A DNA stretch of 63,587 nt, the filler included, from Phoronis australis (Eukaryota; Animalia; Phoronida): the NCBI GenBank assembly GCA_002633005.1. It is 4 parts of 4 records of this genome, joined end to end, with 100 filler letters (N's around TTAATTAATTAA, not from the genome) between each part and the next. Parts side by side here need not be neighbours in the genome. Positions count along the whole stretch, not along the records: positions 1 to 12,359 come from NMRA01000198.1; positions 12,460 to 37,119 come from NMRA01000020.1; 2 more parts are not named here. The stretch is one strand, 5' to 3'. The notes under the pieces were generated by a model. The model saw nothing but the letters and a program-made list of their open reading frames with translations, was not told where the DNA came from and did no database searches. Shown piece after piece: positions 10,272-22,138 of the stretch (positions within the stretch are counted from its first letter, which is position 1; each line of letters starts with the position of its first letter). The translations under genes were made by a program, and so were the position numbers.

Positions 10272-11984
10272 ATTTAGAGAGTAAATTTCAGAATGAATCT
10301 GGAAAATTTTCAGAAGTTTTTGAAAAGCTATGTGTTATCAAAAGAGTGTTATAGAAAAAGGCTTTTTCAATCTGCCATTGAAAAGGGGGAAACAGCTGCT
10401 CAATTTGTAGCACGCATGTCAATGCTATTCAACTGCTGTTGGGAAATGGCCCAGGTGGAAGAATCCTTCAGAGGGAATTAGGGCCCTTATAATTAAGGAC
10501 CGATTCCTTCCTGCTATTCATAAAGAAATAGCCCCTTTGTAAAAGAAGAGGGGGTCAGCTCAGAAGAAAAAGCTTGTGAGGTAGCGGATATCTATATTGA
10601 TGCAGACAGCATCAACCCCCAAAGGCCAAAACCTATTCACAGCTGTGATGGGAGAGGCCTCCAAAGGGTAAAAACCCATGTGAAGAATCTCCCCATGATA
10701 GAGAGAATTTATTGTAAGTCAAGTAATAACAAACCTTCGAGAGACTTAATTTGTTTTTTGTGTTCAGGGAAGGGGCATGTAGCGAAGGATTGCAAATATA
10801 AAGCAAAGGCCAAGGCTGCAGCCATCTCTGTAGTTGATGAGCAAAAACTCGTTGAAGGGGATACAGAGATCTCCAATGATGTTGAAATTCGATGTGCGAA
10901 CAGATTTCCTGATTTGCTTATCAAAACTGGCACTGTTAACGGACAAAATGTGTCAGTACTGAGAGATACTGGTTGTACGGGGAACCTGATAAAATATTCC
11001 CTGGTAACACCAGAACAAATATTAAACCAAACTGGGGATGTTCCCCATTATTTAGCTAATGAACTATCTCTAGTACGTAACAAACATTCGAGCCGTACCC
11101 GATACTCAAATGCTGGCAATTTAGTTGTACCAAACTACAAAAAATCCAAGTACAGGAGTACTTTCTTTGTAGATGGAGTGATTGCCTGGAATGGTTTACC
11201 ATTAGCTATTAAATCAATTACTGTTAAATGAGCATTTAAAAGTAACTTAATAACTTATTTATTATCTAATTGACAGTACATATTAATTTAACTTATTTAT
11301 TTCATTTTTCATTCATATGTACATATCACTGTTCATCTTATGTATTTATTTTATTTATCTATATATTGTAATTTCGAGGACCATGTGGTAGAAAAGTTTT
11401 ACACTTAACATGTTTTTTATCCTCTATAAATAAAGTGGCGCCTCTTGCGTCCGTTTATGTAGAAACGTCAGTTTATACTGGTAGTTTAGTCGCTATACTG
11501 CTGGAAAATCCTGTTTGCAACATAATAATTGGTAACTAACCAGAAGTTATTTGTCAACCATCTGATGTCCTGTATGAATTCCAACAACGGAATTCAGCCG
11601 GTAATCCAAGCAGCCACACAAGTGCATCCGGTACAGTTGTGACCCGTCAACAAGTAAAAGAACAGCACAAAACTAAGGCTGTTAAATTAAATGTCCCAAA
11701 TTTGCCAGGGATGGGTGATGTGGACCAATTTGTTAAAGAACAACAAGGTAACATCACACTCAAAAAAACTCCATGAGAAGGCAAATGATGAAATGTCTAA
11801 TGACAGTAAGAATGGCACGGTCTCATTCTGTTACAGGGATAAACTGCTTTATAGACTGTCTAGGTCAGAGAAGGACAATAATGAAGATCAATTGGTAGTG
11901 CCTACTAAGTTCAGGGGTGCAGTGATGACCAAAGGCAATGACTCTATTTTGGCTGAATACATAGGAATTGGCAAAACAAGCTAA
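10272..11984 (+). mobile_element. Gmr1-like Gypsy LTR retrotransposon remnant (gag, zinc knuckle, protease, integrase N-terminus)
   Basis: CFLCSGKGHVAKDC knuckle (10752-10793), LRDTGC protease (10965), protease C-terminus VAPLASVYVET..ENPVCNIIIGN (11435-11536), then QLVVPTKFRGAVM..DSILAEYIGIGKT (degenerate integrase H2C2). No RT lies between protease and integrase. Confidence 0.75.
11036..11434 (+). mobile_element. 5'-truncated CR1/L2-group LINE 3' end inserted in the Gmr1-like protease
   Basis: PHYL...H..RTR...LVVP.....STFF..G..AWNGLP..IK...AFK is the canonical LINE ORF2 C-terminus, followed by an AT-rich 3' UTR and an ATAAATAAA tail. The protease resumes at 11435. Confidence 0.8.
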
Positions 11985-12359
11985 TTTTATTCCTCCCAGA
12001 ATTCCCCCGAGTACTACCATGAGATACGGACATGCGCAAAGCGAACCATTCCACGGACTTATCTTCTAGAGGAAGACGTGTTTTTCCTTTGGAAGGTTTT
12101 TCGCGCAAGTTACACCGCGACCACGCTCAATTGCATAACTCTTTGCTACTGAGCAATTTCTTCTTATCCTATATAATCATCTTGGAAGTTTTTGGACGAC
12201 CGAGCTCACCGACTCTGTGTGACTCGGCGGGCCACACCTTGCCCGGTTTTACCGGCGCTGAGCATTACGACTCTCTATTGGCCTCATCGTATTTTCAGGC
12301 CTACCTGCTTTGGGGTTTCCGTGACCCGACACGGACCATGTGGAGTGTTTGATAGTTGT

Positions 12360-12459
12360 NNNNNNNNNNNNNNNNNNNNNNNNNNNNNNNNNNNNNNNNN
12401 NNNTTAATTAATTAANNNNNNNNNNNNNNNNNNNNNNNNNNNNNNNNNNNNNNNNNNNN
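12360..12459. other. Artificial 100-bp scaffold gap linker (N44-TTAATTAATTAA-N44)
   Basis: The same linker occurs at 37120-37219 and 62174-62273. The 12-mer gives stops in all six frames. Confidence 0.95.
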
Positions 12460-14922
12460 AGAAAACTGACATTTATGATAACACTTAGCACCAATTACAC
12501 CTGCCTGTTTGAAATAATCATATTTAAAAGAATATCCCATGTGAGGAATGTAATAAAACATTCCGTGGCATTTTTGATATAGGAACATTAGAGACCTTTT
12601 ATCCCTTGTGAGACCATCCATGTATTTGCTGCGAATGTCACTTCATGATGTTCATCCCAGCTTTTGGGTATTTTTATGATTAAGATCGCGACAAACTTTC
12701 TAGAGTGTCTTTAATAATGACCAAACGCAGACATGCTCAATCAGGGTGTACTTCTTGACTGTTTTGATGTCAGTGAGAAATTTTTCGACAGTTGCCATAG
12801 GAAAGCAAGATTAAACTTGATAAAACGGGTGAGTGTAATCGATATATTGTGTAATTTGAGAGTGCACATTGTATCAATTACACTCACCTGTTTGAAATAT
12901 TTTTTTAATTTAAAAATGTTCCATGTAATGTTTTCGGGTGATATTCCATGGAACTTCTAACTTAAATGACTCGAGATCCAGAACCCTTTTTTTAATCTTT
13001 CAGATATAGAAGATCATTCGTCAACATCTAGGCTACCCATTTAATTATCTCAAGTGTCACATTCACACCTGTTTGAAATATTTTTTTAATTTAAAAATGT
13101 TCCATGTAATGTTTTCCGGGTGATATTCCATGGAACTTCTATCTTAAATGACTCGAGATCCAGAACCCTTTCACTTTTTAACGTTTTTGCTGATCCCTTC
13201 TTAATATAATGAAGATTTTGGATAAATGTCTGGGAAATGTTACATAATTATACTGATAGTGACTGTTTGAGAATTTCCTGACTAATTACAGGGTAAGGAT
13301 GTAAAACTCACTGTCATCTGAAATGGATTAAAACGTGCGAATAAAACGAGCTGAGCATATTAGGTACTTTGGACGAACAAACGTAGGGATTTTGAAAAAC
13401 AGTTTACCATCTAGGACCATTTCTTCGATATATTTTTTTCTTTAATCACAAATGTCACCTAACTTCCTCAAATTATTCCACGGCATTTTTAATCTTTCAA
13501 TATTATAGAAGATCATTCATCACATCTAGGTTACCCATTTAATTATCTCAACTGTCATATTCAGGGTATGAACACTCCCGTTCTTGTCTTACTTTGAGAG
13601 GAATATCACGGAAGACCATTTGTACATCTTATATTTTCATAGTACTCTGGTTCAATACTCTATGAGCTTTCGCAATGATGCGATGTAAAACCTTTGCACA
13701 GCTGCGATGTCAAATCAAGAGAAAAATTGATAAACCAGACAACTGTAGTTGACATTATTGTTTAAATAGAAAGAAAACTGACATTTATGATAACACTTAG
13801 CACCAATTACACCTGCCTGTTTGAAATAATCATATTTAAAAGATTATCCCATGTGAGGAATGTAATAAAACATTCCATGGCATTTTTGATTTAGGAACAT
13901 TAGAGACCTTTTATCCCTTGTGAGACCATCCATGTATTTGCTGCGAATGTCACTTCATGATGTTCATCCCAGCTTTTGAGTATTTTTATGATTAAGATCG
14001 CGACAACCTTTCTAGAGTGTCTTTAATAATGACCAAACGCAGACATGCTCAATCAGGGTGTACTTCTTGACTGTTTAGATGTCAGTGAGAAATTTTTCGA
14101 CAGTTGCCACAGGAAAGCAAGATTAAACTTGATAAAACGGGTGAGTGTAATCGATATATTGTGTAATTTGAGAGTGCACATTGTATCAATTACACTCACC
14201 TGTTTGAAATATGTTTTTAATTTAAAAATGTTCCATGTAATGTTTTCCGGGTGATATTCCATGGATCTTCTAACTTAAATGACTCGAGATCCAGAACCCT
14301 TGCACTTTTTAATGTTTTTGCTGGTCCCTTCTTAATATAATGAAGATTTAGGATAAATGTCTGGGAAATGTTACATAATTATACTGATAATGACTGTTTG
14401 NTGGAACTTCTAACTTAAATGACTCGAGATCCAGAACCCTTGCACTTTTTAATGTTTTTGCTGATCCCTTCTTAATACAATGAAGATTTAGGATAAATGT
14501 CTGGGAAATGTTACATAATAATACTGATAAGGACTGTTTGAGAATTTCCTGACTAATTACAGGGTAAGGATGTAAAACTCACTGTCATCTGAAATCGATT
14601 AAAACGTGCGAATAAAACGAGCCGAGTATATTAGGTACTTTGGACGAACAAACGTAGGGATTTTGAAAAACAGTCTACTATCTAGGACCATTTCTTCGAT
14701 ATATTTTTTTCTTTATTCACAAATGTCACCTGATAACTTCCTAAAATTATTCCACGGCATTTTTAATCTTTCAGATATAGAAGATCATTCGTCAACATCT
14801 AGGCTACCCATTTAATTATCTCAAGTGTCACATTCATGATATGTTATACTGTATGAATGCTTGATTATTATGTCAAGATGTAAAACTCACTTCCATCTGA
14901 ACAAAATTAAATATCGGACACA
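12460..14922 (+). repeat. Complex tandem repeat (~1.13-kb unit), copy 1, with terminus ...ATATCGGACACA
   Basis: The unit recurs at 12460 and 13772, with internal re-duplications. Reverse-complement copies lie at 19057-19559 and 35754-37119. Homology with the 35754 copy stops exactly at 14922. Confidence 0.85.
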
Positions 14923-17521
14923 CTATATATTCTATGACATTTTCAACTCTGTGATAGTAGAGGCCTTGTCTTCTGTGCGAGATTATCCATGTACTTGCCA
15001 CGAAAGCACTTCATATTGTTGTGTGATTTCAGGCTGCATATTGCATTAATTGCAAATAACTTGGAAATTACTAATTTTTCTTCGAAATTAAGAAATCAAG
15101 AATATTTGGCATAAAAAGTGGCATTCACTTCATGTTAGATAACTGAAACCTCAATAACTATAAACATGCGTGGTGGGAACTCTTTTAGGTGACTGAAACC
15201 TTTATTCTCTGCACTTGTCATTACTGCTACAAGTACTTCAAATAAGTGACATGCAAAACTTTTTTACAAGAATAAAACATAAAGCATTTTCAATGTGTTC
15301 AATTCCCGCGTTGATAGTTATCTGCCAGCATTTCTACACACTCTCCAGAAACTTCGTTGATTGCCAGCTTTACAAGGAACTTTTCAATAAACAAAATTTT
15401 ACATCCAGTTATCCCAAGAATGTTTGCCCAGATTCTAAAGCCATTGTGAAGTTGATTTTTAACAGATTAGGCTCAACTAACTTTGGGTGGAGATCATTAC
15501 CAGGTGTGACAAAGGGACTTTGTTCACAATATGCTATTGTGATTGTAAAGGTTTCTCCATGCTATGTAAATATGAACAAAGGTATCATTGAGTTGTTGCT
15601 ATTATCTAGTTAAGAAATCAGTGTCATGCTGTTACATTGTATTGTACCTGTCTCTATTTAGTACTTACTCACTAAGCTTTAAAACACCTTAGGGAAAATG
15701 GCACCAGCTTTTACTACCTGCTGTAACTTGCACATTGTATGCAGAAACATTGTACTTCCCTCTGTATTGCTTTTCTTGCCCTACCACACAAATGATTTGG
15801 GAAATAAGTGGGTTACTCACCAAAAGCATTCTCATGATACCTAATGTGGTGGGTATATTAATAGTGTTAACATTAGCTATGGATTTATATTGGAAGTCTC
15901 TTCAATGATGGGAGCATTTGATCACAACACGGCAATGATTGGACTGGTCTGTTGGGTAAACTTTTATGATTTGTAAAGTTATGTGATCTTATCTATTGGG
16001 AAATGTATAACAAAGTCATAACCCATATATTATGTAATTGAAAGTATAGCAAAGTTTCACTAGGTATAGCATATTATATTATTATTGAAGTTCACAACTG
16101 GGGAGCTGAAGTAGTAGTTACTACTTAGCATTCTTGTCTGTTTTTAGAGTTTAGGATCATAATTCGTTTTTATCATATTTGACCATCGTATTCTTAACAT
16201 AAAAATAACAGAAAACTATTTTGATCACTTTTGTAACGCTCAATTTCACTCAATTAGGGAAAACTGATCATTGGGAGTCACAACGTCATACTTAAGTGAT
16301 CTTCCAGCTTGCAATACAACTTTTTTGAGACTTTTGTAACCTTTCTCGATCGTGTCTTCAATTTCTTTTTGCAGGGACTCAAAATATTTTCTTCTCTCCA
16401 TTTTAGCATTAGCCAAGGTTGGCCAAGGTAAAAACACACTTCCTAAGGTGGTGGTGATACTATGTCTAATGAGCTTCTGCTGTGGTCCTAACAGGCTGGA
16501 CACACAAAGCAGTAAACAATGCCAACCAGATTCAATCTGACCAATCAAAGAGCCTTCCTAAATCCAGGGATGTTGAGAGTGAACTTTTAATTTCCTGCTA
16601 ATAATGGGCCTTGTTAATAAGATAACAAGATTAAGCCAGTGGTGCATGATTTTTCAAAAGACTGGTTAAGGACAGCAATTGAATTTATACATGCCTGTGG
16701 ACTGAGGGTCAATAAATTTGCATTCTTACTGCACAACTTAATTTAACTGATAATGTGGGGACAGCTTTGAATTGAAAGAATAGAATCCTCAGTGGTATGG
16801 CAGCAAACCTGTCTGCCCATTATAAGCTAAGTATATTAACATTCCCAAAATGCAACCATAAGTAAAATAAACAATATTAAATTCAAAATGTAATTTCAAC
16901 ACTGAAACTAAATAAATACCATTTGAGAACATTTTTCATGAAATTAGCCAAAAATGAATATGTAACAATACCATGGGCAAAAGCATTAACTATAACTGTT
17001 GTGTGGGTTGCAGCTTTTACGCAAAGTAACATTTATTACAAAAATCAAGTAAGCACAAGCTAACAGTAATGTTTACGTTTTCTAATTATATAATTAATAA
17101 ATGTGTATAGTTATTTTCTTTGAGTGAAGGTCACCACTTCGATATTTTGTTGCTCCCAGATTTGTTTCCTCAGTTTAAGGTTAAGAGGTGAATAAACCAA
17201 AAACATTATTTAGAAAATAACCAGTTGTTTGAGCTATGTTCAAATGACCCAAGTGATTGTAGTTTTCTACAAATTCAATATTCAAATTTATTTCTAGATG
17301 CATTTTGTTATACATACATGTACTGTTATACTTGTTTCAGTTGGTAACTAAATAAGTTTAAGTGTAGACTTGTTGATAAAGTCCTACGTAACCTTAACCT
17401 GTTCATTTTCAACTACACTGAATACACTATTTGATTTTTGAAAAGAAAATAACAGAACTGAAAAATTTGAATGTAGTTGCTGCAACACAATAATTACCAG
17501 GTGTTAACTGCATCATTGTCG

Positions 17522-17900
17522 TTAGTCAACGCTTAGTACAAATGCTCTACGCTTTTCAGCAAAAGCAAAAAAACAGAACTTTGAAAAATTTCTTAATATA
17601 CTTACATCTCTTAACTGCATATTTTTCAGAAAAACATATGAACAGTCCTCAAACGAAACAGCTCGTATCATAAAACTAGTTCTGAGATCGCACACTGGGG
17701 GCACAAAAAAGTGGTACTCATTTTCATTTTCTTTTGTGTCACAGCACATGAATCAGTCTATCTTATCTAGGCATTCTAAAATATTGACCCAGCTCTATCA
17801 TCAGTGAGCGATTTGACCACCAAAACATGCTAGTGCGGACCTAAAAATAGTTTTTCGATGATAACATTTAACTTAAACAGTTTTTATGTATCTAAGTCAG
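17522..17900 (-). pseudogene. Non-LTR retrotransposon ORF2 C-terminal CCHC remnant
   Basis: The minus strand reads SLMIELGQY..PR..R..CCD..ENENEYHFF..P..DLR, matching the LxIExGRY...CxxC...EDExHF..CP..DLR end of L2/Daphne-type LINEs. Confidence 0.6.
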
Positions 17901-19056
17901 GAGGCAAAGAGAAAGTTTGTGGCCACATTTGATTTTCTATATCTTTACAGCACTGTCAAAATAGGGCAGTAATAAACCGTGCTGTATTTCCCCACAATGC
18001 TGTGAACTGTGTCAGGCACATTTGCTGCCTCGTTTTCATGCCACTGAAGTTTCACTTTTTCTTGATTTGTTATTGTCTTCTTTACAAATTTTTGTTGATT
18101 GCATTACACCAGAGGCCTTCCAATCTCCACAAAGTATTATTGTTGTGCTGTGGGCTACAACTCCATGTGAAAAAGTTTGATGGTCTGGACAAATACCCAT
18201 GGTAGTAGTAGTTGTAATTGTTGTAGTAACAGTAAACATTCTATTTGTTATTACAATTAGTAATAGAAGAATTACCAGGTTTTATTGTTGTTATTATTAT
18301 GATTGTCACAAAAATTATAAAATTGTGTGTGTCAATGTCTGTAGGTGTGATTGTGTGAAATTTGTCAAACTTTGATTGCTTACTAAACACACCACAGGAA
18401 CTTACATGCCACCCCATATCACTTTCATTTATGCTGGTGATAAAAATAATGAGAGCACAGGAAATTAACTTTGCTTGTGGACCACATAGCAGGCATCCAC
18501 TTAGCCTTTGTGCAACTGTCAGCCCATTAGTTTGCCTGCTGAGAAACTGCCTGATGCAGATGAATCTTGTCTATCATGTGAATCAGATACATGTATATTG
18601 TTCAGCAGTAATATGTACTGGTGGTTGATAAGTCCATTCACACTGTGAAGTCATCGTTCATTTTTAATCAAAACTTGATCATTTAATTCCAACCCAATCC
18701 TTTAACAATTAAAGTATTTTGAAGTTCACAATAACTTATTAAACTTGGAATAAATCTAAAGTAAGTCAGACTTTTCATGGACATTTTTGATTCCACTACG
18801 AGCAACTGTTCTACCAAAAATAGCAAACAAGTGTTGTCATAAAAATGTGTTTAATATTGATTCAATTCATGTGTGCATTGTACACATAATTGAGAATTTT
18901 TTGCCAAATTTGTTGTTCTGTCTGTGATCAATTTCTAATTTTTCTTCGAACCCTTTTCCTTCCTACCATGTTAAAATCTCTATTTAATAGCATTCCATTT
19001 CACTAGATTCTTAATTTCTAAGTGTTATATCAGTCTTGTCAAAGTTCAACAGTTAT

Positions 19057-19559
19057 AGTGAGTTTGACATCCTGACATAATAATAAAGCATTCATACAGT
19101 ATAACATATCATGAATGTGACACTTGAGATAATTAAATGGGTNTTGTCAAAGTTCAACAGTTATAGTGAGTTTTACATCCTGACATAATAATAAAGCATT
19201 CATACAGTATAACATATCATAAATGTGACACTTGAGATAATTAAATGGGTAGCCTAGATGTTGACGAATGATCTTCTATATCTGAAAGATTAAAAATGCC
19301 GTGGAATAATTTAAGGAAGTTATCAGGTGACATTTGTGAATAAAGAAAAAAATATATCGGAGAAATGGTCCTAGATGGTAGACTGTTTTTCAAAATCCCT
19401 ACGTTTGTTCGTCCAAAGTACCTAATATACTCAGCTCGTTTTATTCGCACGTTTTAATCGATTTCAGATGACAGTGAGTTTTACATCCTTACCCTGTAAT
19501 TAGTCAGGAAATTCTCAAACAGTCATTATCAGTATAATTATGTAACATTTCCCAGACAT
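19057..19559 (-). repeat. Partial inverted copy of the ~1.13-kb complex repeat
   Basis: Reverse complement of ~14500-14890, with a short duplication around the single N at 19143. Confidence 0.85.
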
Positions 19560-19880
19560 AATATGAAATTGCATAAAATTTTGATTTCTTCCACAAAAAC
19601 CTAGAAGACAATGGCAATCAATGGGAAATAGGTCAGCCTTTCTTCGATTAAATTTCTCCAAGTTAGACAGAATACAAGGGCACATGGCTATGGAGATTTT
19701 TTGAGCCCAGATCAAAGATTAGGATTCATTTCAACGAATAACAAACAAAAACTTTGGTTTAATTTCAATTTTGGCCGTTTCATTCGCCAAACTCGGGTCC
19801 AACAACTTAAACCGAGAATTCAACAACTGCCACACAAGTTCAACTACACAAAGCTATTAGTGATACGAACCATGCCTTAC

Positions 19881-19995
19881 CTTCATTGTTTGTGTCGTCC
19901 AACACTATCACTTCCTCTATGTCGTCTTCACCAAGAAACTGTTCACTGTCTTCTTCCATCACTTGGCTAATGTTGTCATCACCCTGGCCGTCCAT
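19881..19995 (-). CDS. First coding exon of a probable AAMP/Sqt1-like WD40 protein gene (downstream exons not found)
   Basis: Acceptor TGTATAG|AC-ATG, then MDGQGDDNISQVMEEDSEQFLGEDDIEEVIVLDDTNNE+G, then donor GTAAGG (phase 1). The acidic EDDIEEVIVLD block resembles the AAMP N-terminus. Confidence 0.5.
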
Positions 19996-20724
19996 GTCTA
20001 TACAGTAATATCATGAAAAAATTAGAACCGTAGCAATATAAGTATAATTTTAAGTACTACAGTCTCATGTCCATAATTAAATAACATCTTGGAAAAACTA
20101 GTTGTGCCAAACCTGGCAAAAGATGGAAAATGTGAGCAAGACGTTTTTGAAGTGTATGACAGGCATTGCAAACAGCTATCCAAAAGGCTCCAACATTTTT
20201 TCAGAAATATAGCAGCAGAATAATGGCAACACAACCTGGGTAACTAAACTTAATTTACAAAGAGTTTATTTTTCATGGAATTAAGTGTCAGGTTTTATTT
20301 GGCCATTCTTACCAACTACATAAGTACAAAGCTGTATAGAACATTTCTACCCCTAAGCATCAAGCTTAAAAGGTACGACTATGGCTACCTCAGCATGAGC
20401 CAGGCCAAACGGGGAGAGGTCTAGCCTATGGCTATGCCATTCTCCCTTTGCTGGCTGCACACTGTAGTTAGACACCTAACCCATCTTAAAATACCATACT
20501 CGTCCGGGTTACCACCCATGCTCAGCTTACCGCCCACACCTAAAATTTTCAATTTTTCATTTTTAAGCATCCTTGCTCGACTTGCCGACCACCCCCAACT
20601 TTTCTTGATCGAGATTTCCTCAAGTGTCTGCTTTTGTGAATGTTCATCGCACAAAGCTAAGATTCCCAAAACGTGCGCAAATTGCTTTAATATCTTTCAG
20701 AGACAATCAGTCAGTTTTAGCACA

Positions 20725-21222
20725 CAGGGCTTGGAATGACCAATGACAAAAAACGCGGAAACTTTTACGGCCCAAATCATGCCCGATAACTAGCCTTGAA
20801 TGGTCGATGTGAATCTTTCCCCGACAAAAATCGGGAGGACTAAAAAAAGAAAACGTTACCACCATCAGTAGCATGCGTCTGCGTCCTTTTAGCTCGCCCG
20901 TCCAACCCCAACCCACACATTTTTGGCTGCAGAGCGGTAGTATTTGTCGCCGCGCTTAACAATAACACGAGACGCCATTGAAAATCCCACCATGCTGTCC
21001 CAGATGCCCCGGCAATGTTGACAATTTACGTTCCTCCGAAACATAAAGAGCAACTTCCGCTTTTCGAGGTGAACGTCGTCTGCAACGCCGCGTTAAGAAA
21101 GGAATTTGCCGCGGAAATTTTATATCAAATCCGATTTTTTACGCGGAAATATTATAAAAAAAGTGGAAAGCAAATTTGAAAAAAGAGGAAATCCACGTTT
21201 CCGCGGAAAATTCCAAGCCCTG
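20725..21222. mobile_element. ~500-bp MITE, TIR CAGGGCTTGGAA, 6-bp TSD AGCACA
   Basis: Perfect 12-bp TIRs. AGCACA at 20719-20724 and 21223-21228. A second, inverted copy is at 53219-53719. Confidence 0.88.
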
Positions 21223-22138
21223 AGCACAAAAGGGACCTTGCCTTACTAAGGCTGTAAAATACCCGTATTCTCATGCTCTTTACTGAAGGAGACACAATTG
21301 TCTCCTTTGTCTTACGTGAAGAACTCGCGTCAGCGTTTAGTGATCACTGAGACAATGCTTGTTGAATGTATTTCATTGTCGTGGAAGAACCAACAAAGCG
21401 GTACTTGACAGAAATTTCAAGTCCCTCACCATCATTTCTGCGATTTACACAGTACAGGAAACATTACCACCCTGAGCAATGAAATAAAAAAACCCAAGCA
21501 CACTCAGCTGGTACATGATCAAAGATATTGGAAAGTATGGAAACTCCACCGACATTATTTTGGATGGAAGCCACATATGAATCATATTCGTTGTCAGGCT
21601 CAATGTATCACTTCAACAATTCACTGACATATGGTACTCAGTCACGTCTATGGTGATGGTAACCACATATGGCAGAGTAAAAGGAGAAACTGTCGCATTG
21701 TTTTGAATACAAGCAGACATTAGCCATTGTGACAATCAACTTGTCTCGCTGTGCCCTGTCTTGGTTAAACACGTTTTTAATGACTTTCACTCCAGACACC
21801 AAAATGGAAGCGCCCAACCAAAAGCAAAAGCGCAAGAAATCAACTGGTTATTAAGTGCAAGTCGAAAATGCTGTCTACATTCACATGATCAAAAACTTGT
21901 TTTTTTTTAACTCTTGATTTGCTTAATAGTGGTATCTTCTGATTGTTGAGTACGTCCTTTGTACAAGCATCAAATAACCGTTTTAAGTGACTCGCTGGAA
22001 GCAAATCTTGACAAAATCACATGCTTCCCTTAAAAATACATGGCGAACTAGCAGACTCTTGTCGTGTGTGATCACCTACACAGACTTCGACTTATTGCAA
22101 TAGTCAATAGATACATGTATTTAATCCTTTATGGTTGT

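Noticed and set aside
12404-12415. TTAATTAATTAA islands inside N runs (also 37164-37175 and 62218-62229)
   Set aside because: The identical N44-12mer-N44 layout with six-frame stops marks a scaffolding linker, not biology.
12733-14815. Recurrent ORFs MLNQGVLL.., MRIKRAEY.. and MDGLTRDK.. that look like a small gene family
   Set aside because: They are chance frames within copies of the non-coding 1.13-kb repeat, with no domains or splice structure.
15215-18660. Scattered minus-strand exon-like or Cys-rich segments (15821-15840, 16246-16548, 18036-18650) as AAMP exons
   Set aside because: No WD40 or acidic AAMP-like sequence, and several stops; more likely decayed transposon sequence.
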